Positions 39,621 through 52,374 of a stretch of 64,000 nucleotides of DNA are shown one piece after another (position 1 is the first letter of the stretch; each line of letters opens with the position of its first letter). This stretch comes from Lama glama (Eukaryota). A model generated the notes under the pieces. It was not told the origin of the DNA. It searched no databases and worked only from the letters and a program-made list of their open reading frames with translations. The position numbers were made by a program, and so were the translations under genes. The stretch lies in assembly GCA_028534125.1 (NCBI GenBank), contig CM052816.1, forward strand, positions 41,108,001 to 41,172,000, written 5' to 3'.

Positions 39621-40669
39621 TCAGAGACACTTATTAAGTCATCCTGTTAAGTTTAGAGTTATTTACCCAAGACATCAAGCTCATTAGTAATATAATTAAA
39701 GGCAAAAACTCCAAAGTTAAGTATCTTTCAACTAGACAACATTGCCTTCAAAGAGATTTTAAAAATATATATGTATCTACTTTTATTAGAGTGAAGCATG
39801 ATTAAAATAAAGCATCACTGTTTAAATTCCAATCACTTAATATCATTTCATTTTTTGAGGAAAAATAAATCTTATCATTGCTTTTGGTTACCTTCAACAC
39901 TTTAATTTGAAAATTGGTGTCTCATCTCTACTATTTCTTTCCTCCACCCACTTCTGTTGCCTAATATGCTGAATTTCTGACCATTGCTTCTTAATGCTAG
40001 GCCTAATAAATAGCTTTGCCTGTGTGATGCCCTGTCTAGAATGGCCCTTCTGTTTCCTTCAAATGCATAAGTACTATTTACCCTTCTTGATGTAGTTTGT
40101 AGGTTCCGTCTCTGGGAAATACTTTCTCTTTCTTTGTCAGGAGATGGTAGACCCTACTGTCCACATCCACAGCACTTTCTGGATCCTCTGAAGCCCTGAG
40201 TTTCCCTTTGCATTAGCATTGCTTATGTATCTCTCTGCTCTACCAAACACTGAGCATGTGGCGAGCACGGCTTGAGCCTTGTGACACATTTTACCTGTCA
40301 GTGCCTGATACACAATAGCAATACAATAGCCTTTTGTTGGAAGAAAAAACACTCCCACATTTACTGGACTTAGGAACAAAAATGCAGCATTTAAAAAAAG
40401 TATTTCCCAGCGTATGGCTGCCTCAGATTGCAGGCATCAGAGGTGGAAGAGAATACAAGGACAGAGTCTGTTTTGTACACAGGCATATAAATAGAATACT
40501 GTTTACTAAATCAGAGGACTACGTCAGTGTTCACCTTAAATTGAGTGATGACCGATGGCATTCAGAGGCCAAGCCTTTACTACTAAAATACATTTAGTTA
40601 TTTCACATTTCAGTTATTACTGAAATGTCTATGAACATCTAAGTTTTAAAAATCAAACTGTAAAAATAT

Positions 40670-41022
40670 TTTCTCAGCCATACAAAGGTATGACATTTCG
40701 ATATATGTTATAACATGAATGGGCCTTGAGAACATTATTCTTAGTAAAATTAGCCCAAAACAGAAGGACAAATATTACATGATTCCACTTATATGAAGTA
40801 CCTAAAACAGGCAAATTCATTAAGATGGAAAACAGAACAGAAAGTGGGAAGGGAGAGTTATTATCTATTAAGTACAGAGTTTTCGTTAAGGATGATGAAA
40901 ATGCTTTGTATATAAATAGTCATGATGGTTACACAACACTGTGAATGTATTTAATGCCACTCAACTGTACAATTACAAATAGTAAAAATAGTAATCACGT
41001 TATACATATTTTACCAAATAAA
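40670..41022 (+). mobile_element. L1MB-like 3'UTR fragment
   Basis: acatgaatgggccttgagaacattatt...aaggacaaatattacatgattccacttatatgaagtacct...gatggttacacaacactgtgaatgtatttaatgccact. Confidence 0.85.
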
Positions 41023-41254
41023 AGGGTATGACAACATGAAACTACCTTGATGAACAAAAAGTAGTCAAAAAATCAGTTATAATTCCCTCATCTAAAGATA
41101 ACTAAAGTTACATTTTGACATAAAAATGTCTTCTGCACATTTACAGGTTTAAGAAAAATGGAAACATACACTTTATATAAATTTTTGTTAACCAATAAGC
41201 ATATTTCCATGTCACTGAAAAATTAAGACGAAACAATGTAGTCAGGCAAGCTGA

Positions 41255-41450
41255 TGTCAGCAGACGTGCACTACAGGAAATGTTAAAGGAAGTTCTTCAG
41301 GTAGAAGGAAAACAACACGTGACAGAAAAGTGAATCCAATGAAAGGAATGAAGAGAGCTGGCAAAGGTAAATATGTGGGTAAACACCAAAGACTTTTCCT
41401 CCCTTTTTTTCTCATTAAGTTGAAGAACTCACTGTGAATATGCAAAACCA
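41255..41450 (+). mobile_element. L1 ORF1 3'-end fragment
   Basis: cagcagacgtgcactacaggaaatgttaaaggaagttcttcaggtagaaggaaaa...aaaggtaaatatgtgggtaaa. Confidence 0.75.
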
Positions 41451-43679
41451 AAAATATATAAACCTATGATACCCCATTTAAAATATGTATTTGCTATGGA
41501 TTTTGGTATTTAACCTTCTGTCATTATGTGTTAGACACCTATTATGAAAAGCCTATCCCTAAGTTTAAAAGCTCTGTAGAAATGTTTCTCTTTTTGAATC
41601 ACAATGAATTTTTCAGAAGACATTTTAAAATGCCTCCAATCCATTCAGTTAAAAGCAAAATCCACTGAAATGTTTTGCACATACGTTGTGTGACAATATT
41701 ATATCGGGACAATCTTAAGACTTGCAAAAAAGAATTTCTATTTCTTAAAAAGGATAAGCCCATGTCTCCTTTACTGACACAGAAAAAGCACATGCGTGCA
41801 CATACACACTTCCACACACACACGTAACACACATACACATTCACACAGTTTGAATCATAAGAGATGTGAGATTCAGAGTAAAAAGAAGGGCAAAGAAATT
41901 TCAGGTCGTCAGAATCCAGAAAGATCTCTGCCTGACAACAAAGAATGAACCTATTTAAATTGTAGGTAATTTTCTCTTTCCTCCTGGTAGAGACCAGATG
42001 GCTATGTGAGGTATAGTGTATTAAACCAACACACATGGGAGAAGTTGCCAAGCACATCCAACTGGAAATAAATGGAATTTTTTTTTGCACAACAGAATTC
42101 AACATCCCTCTTCTGTTTCAGCCAAAACATCCCTGTTAATTTACTTCTATAATGGAGACTGGCAATCCGCCCCATCAGTGATTTAGAATGTTACCCATAA
42201 ATTTCGTTGCTTTCAGTGCTATTTGACAGGTCTGGGACTCTTTATACTTTGATTCCAATGTTGATTCAAGTTATCAATCATACATTATTTAATTGAAAAA
42301 TAAAGACCTGCCACTTCATTCCTTTGTTTTACTGTGAAGGGGGTGGCAAGGTTTACATAGTCTGTGTTTGGAAAAAAAAAAAATCAACTGCACTGGCTAG
42401 TATTCAGCCATGGAGAAAACGTGATTAGCATTACTCAAAGTAAACAAAACCCTTCTGCTCATGCCTCATCATGTCTGAAACGTTTGCAGCCACTGTGCAG
42501 TAAGTTTTTCAGAATAAGCCAAGAGATGAATCCCTTAAGCTCCTAATTATTTCTATTATTCTAATATCACCCCCAACTAAGATCTAAAACTCCCACCTAA
42601 AATTCCTTGACCCAAGGAACACATTGCTAACTATCTTTCATATCAAACACTGAGACCTGATTAAGACTCTAGAATTCCTTGGCGAGTGACCAGGCAATTA
42701 AGGTCTCTGTCCTTTGTCACCTGAATCTAGAAGGAATCATATATCTGAAAAGGATACCTTTAAAAAAAATTCATCCCATTCTATGAATATTTATTTGAAG
42801 GCTGAAGACAGCATGTTGCAGTTTCAACTATTTCACTAAAAATAAGCAAACCATTTGCCTAGGTTTCCATCAGTACCAATTTGATGAATTCCATTTCATT
42901 CCAAAGGACATAAGGATTCAATACCTTTCTCTCTTTCAAGATAATCAGGAAACAAAAGTCTGTCCTCAGTAATTTTGAAAAGTTACTTTCCTGATGGAAA
43001 CAAGTAAGACATATTCAAATTGGAAGGGGGGAGTTTTTCTACAAAACATGTAACCTAGGATTAGTTCAATATCCCTATTTGGAAATACCTAGGTCACAGG
43101 ATCTCAGATTCAGTGATGCAGACAAATGGCTAAAATAACAATCAAAAATAAGCCAGACTCCTAATCATCAGAATGGGGAAAGAGCAGGTAAAAAATAGGA
43201 CAGAAAGATAAGCAGAGCAGCATGTCTCACACCAGACAGCTAGTCAGTTTCATATCACAGCCACTGACATACAGTAGGATTCTAGCCTCTTTCTATTGTG
43301 TATTTCAAGGATAATGATTCAATACAATGCTTGAATCTATTTGCTTTATCAAGATTATATATCTTGATTTTCTACAAACTCATTTTAAGAAATAAACTCC
43401 TGTTTATTTCCCTCCAGTTTTCTTCTTCTATATCCATCATAAAATTGTCACCTATAACATCTCCGTCACTGAAAAAGACTTTTTAATCTTTTTTCATAAC
43501 ACTCATCAAACCTTCTGTACTTTTTAAATTATCTAAGTAACACTATCTAAGATACTAAGATATCCCAAAATTACCTAAGTAATCACTATTAACAGTGACT
43601 GTAATTACAGTTATATAATTATTTTTCTCTACATAACTGTTCAGTATAATTGAACAGAGAGGAATGGAAGCCTGAGTCA

Positions 43680-43945
43680 AAACAAACTTATGGTTACCAG
43701 TGGGGGAAAGGGGTGGGAAGGGATAAATTGGGAGTATGAGATTTGCAGATACTAACTAGTATACATAAAATAGATAAACAAGTTTCTTCTGTATAGAACA
43801 GGGAACTATATTCAATATCATGTAATAACTTACAGTTAAAAAGCACATGAAAACGAATATATGCATGCTCTGATATGACTGAAGTATTGTGCAGTACACC
43901 AGAAATTGCCACAACATTGTAAACTGACTATATTTCATAAAAATA
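43680..43945 (+). mobile_element. Younger L1 3'UTR terminal fragment
   Basis: aaacttatggttaccagtggggg...gggataaattgggag...acagggaactatattcaatatc...acaacattgtaaactgactata is homologous to the L1 ends at 25402 and 52971. Confidence 0.9.
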
Positions 43946-44830
43946 GATTTTAACAATTTCCCTGTAAAGATTTGGGGTGTTTTTTTCCCTTTCTACTGGC
44001 TAATGACTTTACGAGAACACTAAGATTATGTGTGCTCTTGATCATACTATTTATTATCTAGAAGCTTCTTCCCGAAACGTCCTTCATTAATCCCTCTAAA
44101 TTTGGGTTCAGACCTGGATCTGACTATTTGAGTCTACTCCCTACCATATTAATATTTTCAATGATATTTAGGAAATAAGGTATTTTCTTATGATACGTAT
44201 TCCAGGTTCTGAAAGATGCACATTTTCCTCGTGGGGGAGGTAACTTCCAAATCATTTCTTCTTATCCCCTTCACAACTTCTGCCTTTTGCAACAACAATT
44301 CTCTTGCTAGCAGACAGCCTTCTTCTGTGAGGCTCAACATGCCTTGGCTTTATCAAGATGGTTCAAAATTGGTTCCCGTTTACCTGCACTCCCCTTGCAC
44401 AGAAGACTCATGCGTTACTATCTATGCATCTGCATGTGTAAATTAGGACTTGAAATTCTACCTCTGGCAATAGCCCCCCATCAGTTCCTATGCATGAGGG
44501 CTGCTGTGTTCCTAAAGAGGCCACATTACATCAGTGTCAACATATTAGAGGTGTGTGGCTTACATATACATGAAACCTTAGCCAAAAGGGTGTGGATAGC
44601 AGAGACAGCATGTGTGCTAATATCTATGAATCTCTGGCCAGGAGCCCTGGACCTTGCTCTTGTGAGAGCTCTCATACTGGATTCCATCCTAGTGATGGCT
44701 TTAGCATCTGTCACGGAAAGCATTAGCACCTGTAAGGTGGCTAATGGACCATCACAAACATCCCCTTAAAATTAAGCATTACCACCTTCATTCAGAATTT
44801 TCCATTTTTAGGAGGAGAGGGGAAAGGGGC

Positions 44831-45528
44831 AGGCAGATAAGGGTTTGTTAGCTTCTTTTTTCAGTTGAATGACTCATCTATGCAATTTCTGAGGTCACTC
44901 TATACCAACAAGAGAAGGGGAATTTTATTTCTCGGTCTTTTTTGCGTTGAGTAGAGTTTTGATGATTTCCTCCTTCTTGGCCTGGAGCTACTCTTCCCGG
45001 CATTTGTGTGCTCCCTTCGTCTGAGACCCGAGCACCTGAGCACTTGAGCTTGCTCAGCCAAGAGCTTCCTGGGCTCCTTTCTTGCCTCCAGCTTCTGGAT
45101 GTGTTCAAGAGAATCCACTTGTTTTTGAACTCATTTCCCTTCATCTTTAGATAAAGACCATGGTACAGGTGGCAGTCAATCTTCTGAGATTCACGGTATC
45201 TTCTGAGCAGCAAAGTTCTCCTCCTCATGCAGGGTAACTACTCAGGCATTCGAGCCTTTCTTTATATACAACCATATGCTTGCTCTCCTGGTGACCAAGG
45301 GTTAGGGTTAGCAGATGGAGACTGGGAATGGTCAGTCACGTGCTTGCAGATGATCAATCCACCCTCAATCAGCATCCCAAAGCTGAGGCTGATGGGAGTT
45401 GGTGTTGGCAATTTCATTTGGTCTTACTGGGATCCAACCAACTTCTTCTGCTACAGCACAAGACATAGGAGACAAATCTCTTCTGAAGCCTGAGTATACT
45501 CATGGCTGCAGCAGCAGCAAAAGGCAAG
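44831..45528 (-). pseudogene. RPL19: Processed pseudogene of 60S ribosomal protein L19 (ATG 45503, ancestral stop 44925-44927)
   Basis: Minus strand: pyrimidine-rich leader cttgccttttgctgctgctgcagcc, then ATGAGTATACTCAGGCTTCAGAAG (MS.LRLQK). ORF 44878-45228 gives [26 protein letters not shown] and ORF 44900-45118 gives [19 protein letters not shown]. It ends gaaatcatcaaaact...gaccgagaaataa plus an RPL19-like 3'UTR. Intronless, with stops and frameshifts. Confidence 0.96.
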
Positions 45529-45559
45529 CGTCTTTCCTATAGTCTAAAGAAATATATTA

Positions 45560-45697
45560 GGGAGGAGGTTATACCTCAGTGGTAGAGTGCATGCTTTGCA
45601 TGCACAAGGTCTTGGTTTCAATCCCCAGTGCCTCCATTTTAAAAAATCAATAAACTTAATTATTCTCCCCCTACAAAAAATTAAAAATAAAATAATA
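45560..45697 (+). mobile_element. Camelid tRNA-derived SINE (vic-1-like)
   Basis: gttatacctcagtggtagagtgcatgctttgcatgcacaaggtcttggtttcaatccccagtgcctccatt...cttaattattctccccc plus A tail. Confidence 0.9.
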
Positions 45698-45699
45698 GA

Positions 45700-45832
45700 T
45701 CTGCAGACTTGGAGTAAAGCAGGTTATCCTCAATATCAGTGGGCCTCATCTAATCAGTTGAAGTCCTTACTAAAATGAAGACTGATTTCCCTTTAACAGG
45801 AAGGAATTCTTCCAAGCAAGCTGCCTTTGGAG
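45700..45832 (+). mobile_element. MLT2-like ERVL LTR fragment
   Basis: gagtaaagcaggttatcctcaata...gtgggcctcatctaatcagttgaag...gaaggaattctt...ctgcctttgga. Confidence 0.7.
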
Positions 45833-45849
45833 GAATCTCTTTCTCTTGT

Positions 45850-45981
45850 TAGGTGTGCAGTGTCCAATCCTGCTGCCTTCTTTCTTCCATAGGTTTTATT
45901 CCCAAGAACAATCCTTACTAAGTGGACTGCATACTAATCTGCATCTTAGATGCCTCTCCTGACAAAATTCAGCCTGTAACA
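45850..45981 (+). mobile_element. LTR16-like ERVL LTR 3' end
   Basis: ccaatcctgctgccttc...cataggttttattcccaagaac...ctgcatactaatctgcatcttaga...cagcctgtaaca. Confidence 0.6.
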
Positions 45982-48129
45982 GTCATTCTCCCTGCCCTGA
46001 TATCACTTTGCATCACTTTCCTCCCAGCTCAGATATGTACACAGTCCATCAGAAGTCTGCTCCATAAATTGATATCCAACCTGGAAACGGGATGCCCATC
46101 TCCCCTTCCTGAATGCACTCCTCATTTCTATGGGTGGTATTCCTGAAGATCTCTTTGCTTAGCTTGGCAGGGTGGTGCAAAACCTCCCCCGTCTCTTTGC
46201 CATCCTGGCAGCTCCCATCACCTCTACATTGGAACTATCATGCTCTCTCATGCCTCCAAAATCACAGGCACACAATTCACATTCTCCAAAGGGAATTCTC
46301 ACTTTGCTGCACTCCAGGGACAGCACCAAGAGAGTCCTTGGATGTGCAGCTCGGCAATCTAACAGAAAAACAAGATTCTGCTAGGTATCCTGTGCCTCTG
46401 AGAAACCCCCCACTTCAGCTGACTTGATGGGATGGGACACCCTCTTCCCTCTCCTCTTTCTCACTAACACTTCTCTCCTTTACAAGGACTCACTGAAAGA
46501 TTCAGGCATAAAATGATTTGGAGATTATTTGTTAACTTTAGTCATCTTTTGCATTTTTATTTTGTGTTCACAAACACTATTATTTGACTATCATGCATAT
46601 ATGCCTGACAAGTTTTGTGCTTGTATTTATTTCACCTGGCTCAGGATTTACTCAGTGAGGCAAGTCCATTCTCAAGGCATTTGTGGAAAACAAAATGTGG
46701 GTGCCCCAAATTTTTGCTCCCCTTTGCATGCAAAATAAATCAACCTATAGTTCTACCACACTTAACAATGCTAATGAGAATGGCTAGCAGGCTCTGCTTT
46801 TGGAGTTGTTTTACTCAAAGGCCCAGCTGTAATCATGACCAGACACCAGAAGATGGCTAGCCAAGGTCATGGGGGCATTTCTTTTCCCATGGACCAGGGT
46901 TCTCTATTCCAAACTAAATGGGCCCTGACATTATTTAGAACATAGCACAACCATTTAAGCTAACTATCCATCCTATAAAACCTAGATCTTCTCCATCTCA
47001 TTGAGCCCGAGAAGGAAGTGATCGCATGAATTGTTGCGAGAGGGCTTTTTGTGGATGTAGCTGAAATGAACTGGCTTATAAACTTGTACCACATGTATTT
47101 CATGAAATCAAAGCCTTCTTCCCCAGTCACCAGGCAAAAATACATCCATTATCTATAGTATGTAGGCTTTAAGGCTTAAACAAAGATAAAGTAATAGCCT
47201 ATCTTCTTCTGGCTTCAGACTAAAGATTTTTATCTCTCTCAATAACATGGTCTAATTAAATGAATTTTATCTGTCTCCTTTAAAAGTATCTTTTTGCTTA
47301 AATCTTTGATCATGTTTTTTGTGTTCTTCCTTTTTTGAAGTTCATTTCAATGACAATTCTTTAATCTTAAAATCCTTTGCTTAAAAATGCTCCACCTTAC
47401 TGATCAGAGTCGAAAGTTTCTTTCACATCATCAGTAAAACATGTCCCAGTAGGTAGAGTCAAATAGACAAGATCATTCAAGCATTTCTCAATTAGTTAAG
47501 GAACTTCCGAGGCATCTCATTGATCGTTCTAGGTGAACAAAACATCTTAGAAATATTTTTTTCAGGTCAAAGGGCACATTTAGCACTATAGCTAGCCAAA
47601 TTTTGATATAATTAGATCATATGGGGATTTGGTTCTATTACTTCAGCTGCATTTGATATGAGTAGTGCTTGCTAAATCATGACCCACTGAGAAGCAAAAA
47701 TAATTGAGAAAGTGACCTTGGCACATTAGAAAAGTAAGCATGAGGCTTTTGATAGCATAAAATAATGCAATTTTAGTAGGTTAAAGTTCAGGGGAAAGAA
47801 GCTATAGCCATGGGGGGTAGGTAGCTGACAGTTGTCTATGTCTTCTTACCATGTTGGGTAAAGACTTGGGGTTCTAGTACGTGGCACATTCGATTTTCAA
47901 TGATTAATGAAAATAAAAGAATAATTATATGAAATAGTAAACAACTGGTTTGGATTAGATATTTGGAAGCTTTATTTTCCATGATTATCAACAATTAAAC
48001 TTCTAGAAACCTTATAGAGCCATCAGGTGAACAATCCCAGGCATTTCTGAGATGGAATAAGAAGGTTTAGGTGTAATGTAAGTATCAATTGCATAGTAAA
48101 TTTAATATACCTATGAATGAGCAGAGTTA

Positions 48130-48325
48130 GATACATCAAGGTTAAAATTTCTGTTTCTGTTCTATTAATTACTAGCTGGATGATCTTGTCCACAATAGTC
48201 ACCTCTCTGTGCCGGTTCTCTAATGTACAAAATGGGGGTCAACACTGTTGGGCTTTTATGAAGATTGAATGAGAAAATACATGTAGAACAGTTCCACACC
48301 TGGTACATAATGAATATTAATATAT
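48130..48325 (+). mobile_element. MIR relic
   Basis: ttactagctggatgatcttg...cacctctctgtgccggttctctaatgtacaaaatgggg...gaagattgaatgagaaaatacatgtagaac...cctggtacataa. Confidence 0.75.
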
Positions 48326-51300
48326 TTGAAGATATTTTACCAGTAATTTTTAGAATACAAATGACTAGAATTAAACTGAATTTCTAAGAGTGCCTTGAGT
48401 CTAATAACCTTGTAAGATGTCTGCAAGTATACAGGGAAATCTTAGGCAAGAAAGGAGGAGAGATTCTAGTTTTCTCTGCACCTTCCCTCATTTTCCCATT
48501 CCCAACTTCTGTAATAGCTTCTGGTGGCTTTTTTGAAAATTCTTCTTTCTGAAGATCTCCAACTTTTTATAATCATCTGTCTGAACAATTTCGCTGTAAT
48601 TTTCATGAGAATTGCATATAAAATCATGTTAGTATCTCAGAAATCCTTACAAGGTTGGGCAACTCAGTTTTGTTCTAATTACCCGTTTAGCACTTCACTT
48701 GTCCCTGCAGACATACACTGTCTAAAAGACGGTACTACAGATGGCTGACACTAATACCTGTCACCAGACCAGCACACGCTCCACATTCAAGCCAGGCACA
48801 CACAGCAACAGGGACATGAACTAGTCCTGACAGATCACTTCATCTCTAATTAGTAAATGTTTATTCTTTAATACCTTTTGTCTTGTTAGTCCCCCAGAAG
48901 AATATGGTCATTTGAAACAAATGCTCTGATTAAAAATGGCATTGAGCAAATTTGATTAAACCGTTAAGACATATCAGATTACAAGAACTTGTTTCCAATT
49001 TTTTCATTTTCATTTTTGTAAATCCCACACAGCTCCATAAAGCAAAACATGGTGTTTTTCTGCTGTGTAGGCAGCCACTAAGAAAATTAAGCTTTTTAAA
49101 TCATTACACAGAAGGAACATCAAATACATGTGATGAAAAATTGGAAAAACTATTCCTACTGTAAGCTAGTATTTACATTTAAGAAGTGTTTTTGAGCAAA
49201 TGTGAAAAGCCATATAACACACCTACTGGAAAAAAAATACTTCTAAATTACTCAATGACAAAAAAAGTTTTTATGTGAACAGACAAAAAGATCAAAATAC
49301 TATTATTAGTATTACTATGTATTTTAAACTTGGGAACATTTTAACTGTTGAAGCATTGCTTATTCTATATATCATTTTACTAATAAATGACAGTTCTGAT
49401 GGGTTGGAACATGATCTGTTATTATGAAGCCATTACACCCAATAGAATTATTAAACACCAATAAAGCACAGGCAAGAACAGATTCTAAGGTTCCAGTCTG
49501 AATCTAAAAGCTCTTATTTTTCAGGAAGTAAGATGGGACTTTGTTTTAAAAACTCACATCATTAATTCCTAGTGACAGCTTTTTGTAGGACAGGTAAGAA
49601 ATGCAACATGACCTAAAGGACCATTTCTTAACAGAAAAATTAAGTGACTCCAAGATCAAACATACTCAATTTATATCCAAAGTCGATGCTCAGGGGGCAG
49701 AGTAAACACACCACAGCGTCCCGGGGTCCTGAGGACTGCAGTCATCTGCAGTCCTGCTTGCTGAGGTTAACGGGTTGAACGCTAAGCCTTCTGATTTCTA
49801 ACATGAAACATCATTTTAGTAAATCCTCTATCTGTACTACACATTGATTTTAGCTGACTAAAATCCATTTGGAATTCTCTCTCCTGAGCAGAGTAGTCTT
49901 TGTTTACATGACACTAGAAGAAACGTTCTAAACGAAAGGCATTTGACAACAACAAAATAACTTGCCTTTTCAATGTACTCTAATCGTAAACGTCTACAAT
50001 TCCCAGAGTCCATTGAACAACACTTTGATTGCATTGTTCCATCTCTGTGGTCACCGCTGGATGTGTCTGGCCTCAACTGAGATTTGAAGAAATGAAATCA
50101 AAGCACAGTTTATAGCATAAAAATTATTTTTAAAAAAATCTCTAACTTCTAACATAACCAATGAAGTGAGGGCCCATAACTATTAATAATGCTCTTCTGC
50201 TAGGAATCTGTTCTTTTGCTTTGCTGTGGTGTCTACTTCCTCGGCTCACTTTATATTACTGTCCTTTACTTTTACCCTTAGCTTTTTTTTTTTTTTCTTT
50301 TTTTTTTCTTTCTTTTTTTTTTTCTGGAACCCTTTTAAGTCACTATCACTCTTTCCCTTTGCACTTTATCTAATTTCTACCTTTTTGTTTCTGCGCTTAA
50401 ACTCCTTTCACCCCTTCTCTTTTTTTTTTCCCCTTTTGTCTGTGAGCAATATTTTTATACTGATTCCTCAATTCAATTTCAGGCTCCTGCCCATTTCTTT
50501 GAGTCTCATTAGCTAATGAGCCCTATTCTTTTCTGTTTCCAACATATCTGAATATGGAGGGAAATGTTAGAGGATTAGAAAACATAAGAGATTTGGTGCA
50601 CAGTCTACCTACAACTTCACAGATAAAAATGGAGAAGTTACTTAGCCATATCCGAAAACAGATTAACAGCATTTTTCCCTCTTACTGCATTGACACTGAT
50701 TACCATCTCTAATAGAAAGTCATTTCTACTATTAAGGAAACGCCATTCTGCTAACCACCCTGTTGTAGATTCAAAGTGGATGTGTTGTGTCTCTATGAGT
50801 TGTCTGTGTGAGAGAGAACCAACGGGGGCCTGTGGAGAGTCTCACTTTATACAACAGAGAGCTGTGTTTCACATGCAAATACCTCCTTCTCTGTTGTAAC
50901 TGACAAGCCATCTGTGTACAAAGTAAAAACTGTAATTACTATTATTACTATGAATAATATACTGGATTTGAGACACAAGGATCAAAATTTTGCAGAAGCA
51001 TTCTCTCTCTTAACCTTGATAACAACACTAGAAAGAGATTATCTTTATTATCCGATTTATATATGATAAAACAGAGGCTAAAGTTATTAATCTAAAGTCA
51101 CATAGATTTTAGGTGTGAGAAACCACTTCACTCAAAATTTAAAGATATTAACTACTGGGATTTGCTGTCTTTTCAGAAAAGTGCTGCACACACACACACA
51201 CCACACATTTACATATTGCAAATATAAACAATTTTAAATGAAATTCTCTTCTGCCTCAGCCTGTGCATGGGAAATGAGGTCTCCAGCTAGTTAAGTAAGG

Positions 51301-52374
51301 TATGTATTCTACATGTTATTTTAAGAAAAAAACAATTTCCTAAGTACATGCAATTGGATATATAAACAGAAGCCTTTTTGATTATATCAACTAGAGAGGT
51401 CCATCTGTTTGCAACATGTCTCCTTTTACATTTATTGCTCAAATAACATATAAAATGTGCATTGCAGTGGTAAAATGGCCCAGAGTCTAGCAATTTTAAC
51501 TCCTCATGGGCCTGCAATTATCTGTTTGACTTTACACTGACAGAATATAAAAACTGTCATTTGAGTAGCATTATAATAGAAGTCCAGTTTGTACTTTTAT
51601 ATACATATTATACCCTCCGAGTAGTTCATCAAAACATTAACTGAACTGAATATTCTAGCCTTGAAAGTGATAAAATTCAGATGCAGAGTAATTAAATGAC
51701 CTTGTTAAACTATTTTAAATGATATTATGATTTGAGAAAGACTACCACAATTAAATGTTACATGCAGAAATTATTTTACATTTTTACTTTTGTAATGACA
51801 ATGTTTTTATAAAAATAAATTATAGTTACAAAATTATTAAAATTTTGGAGTTATTTTCCCAGTTGCAAATTGAACTTCCGGAATATGCATATGATTTGTA
51901 CTTGCCATTGATCTGGCCTTCATACGAAAGAATCTCTTTGTAGAAAATACTAAAGACAAGCATAGTTACTAACAGTTAACTTTTAGGTAATTGTATTTTA
52001 GGTGTCTTTTGTGGCTGTTCTTTACTTTTAGATTTTTTTTTTTTAACTTTAGTCACTTGGCTATTGAAATTGAGATATGTTTCTACTATAAATCCTATCT
52101 CTATCAGAGATGATTTCTGCTACTGTTTTATAAGAATTCCAAATACTTTCTTTCCAAGAGTTTTAATCATTCTTATATTTTCTTGAATATCAGTAATTCA
52201 GAAATTTTATCTCTGACTTAGAAAATGTGAGTGGATTTCAGTGTGAAAAGACATGTTATCAAGTCTCATTTGTCATAAATTTGCCTTAGATAAAACTGAT
52301 AAACCTGATTTTTGTAAAAGTTCTTTTTTTTTTAAAGTTCAGTTTTTTAAATACTTCTACACAGTATAATAAGA

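Noticed and set aside
41599..42105. Longest ORF in the track (168 aa, minus strand)
   Set aside because: It runs through a (CA)-rich low-complexity tract (CVNVYVCYVCVWKCVC) and has no recognisable homology.
44526..44729. RALTRARSRAPGQRF (minus) and WLYQDGS (plus, ORF 44216-44446) as retroviral RNase H motifs
   Set aside because: The resemblances are short, lie on opposite strands and lack the TDS catalytic motif, which is not enough for a call.
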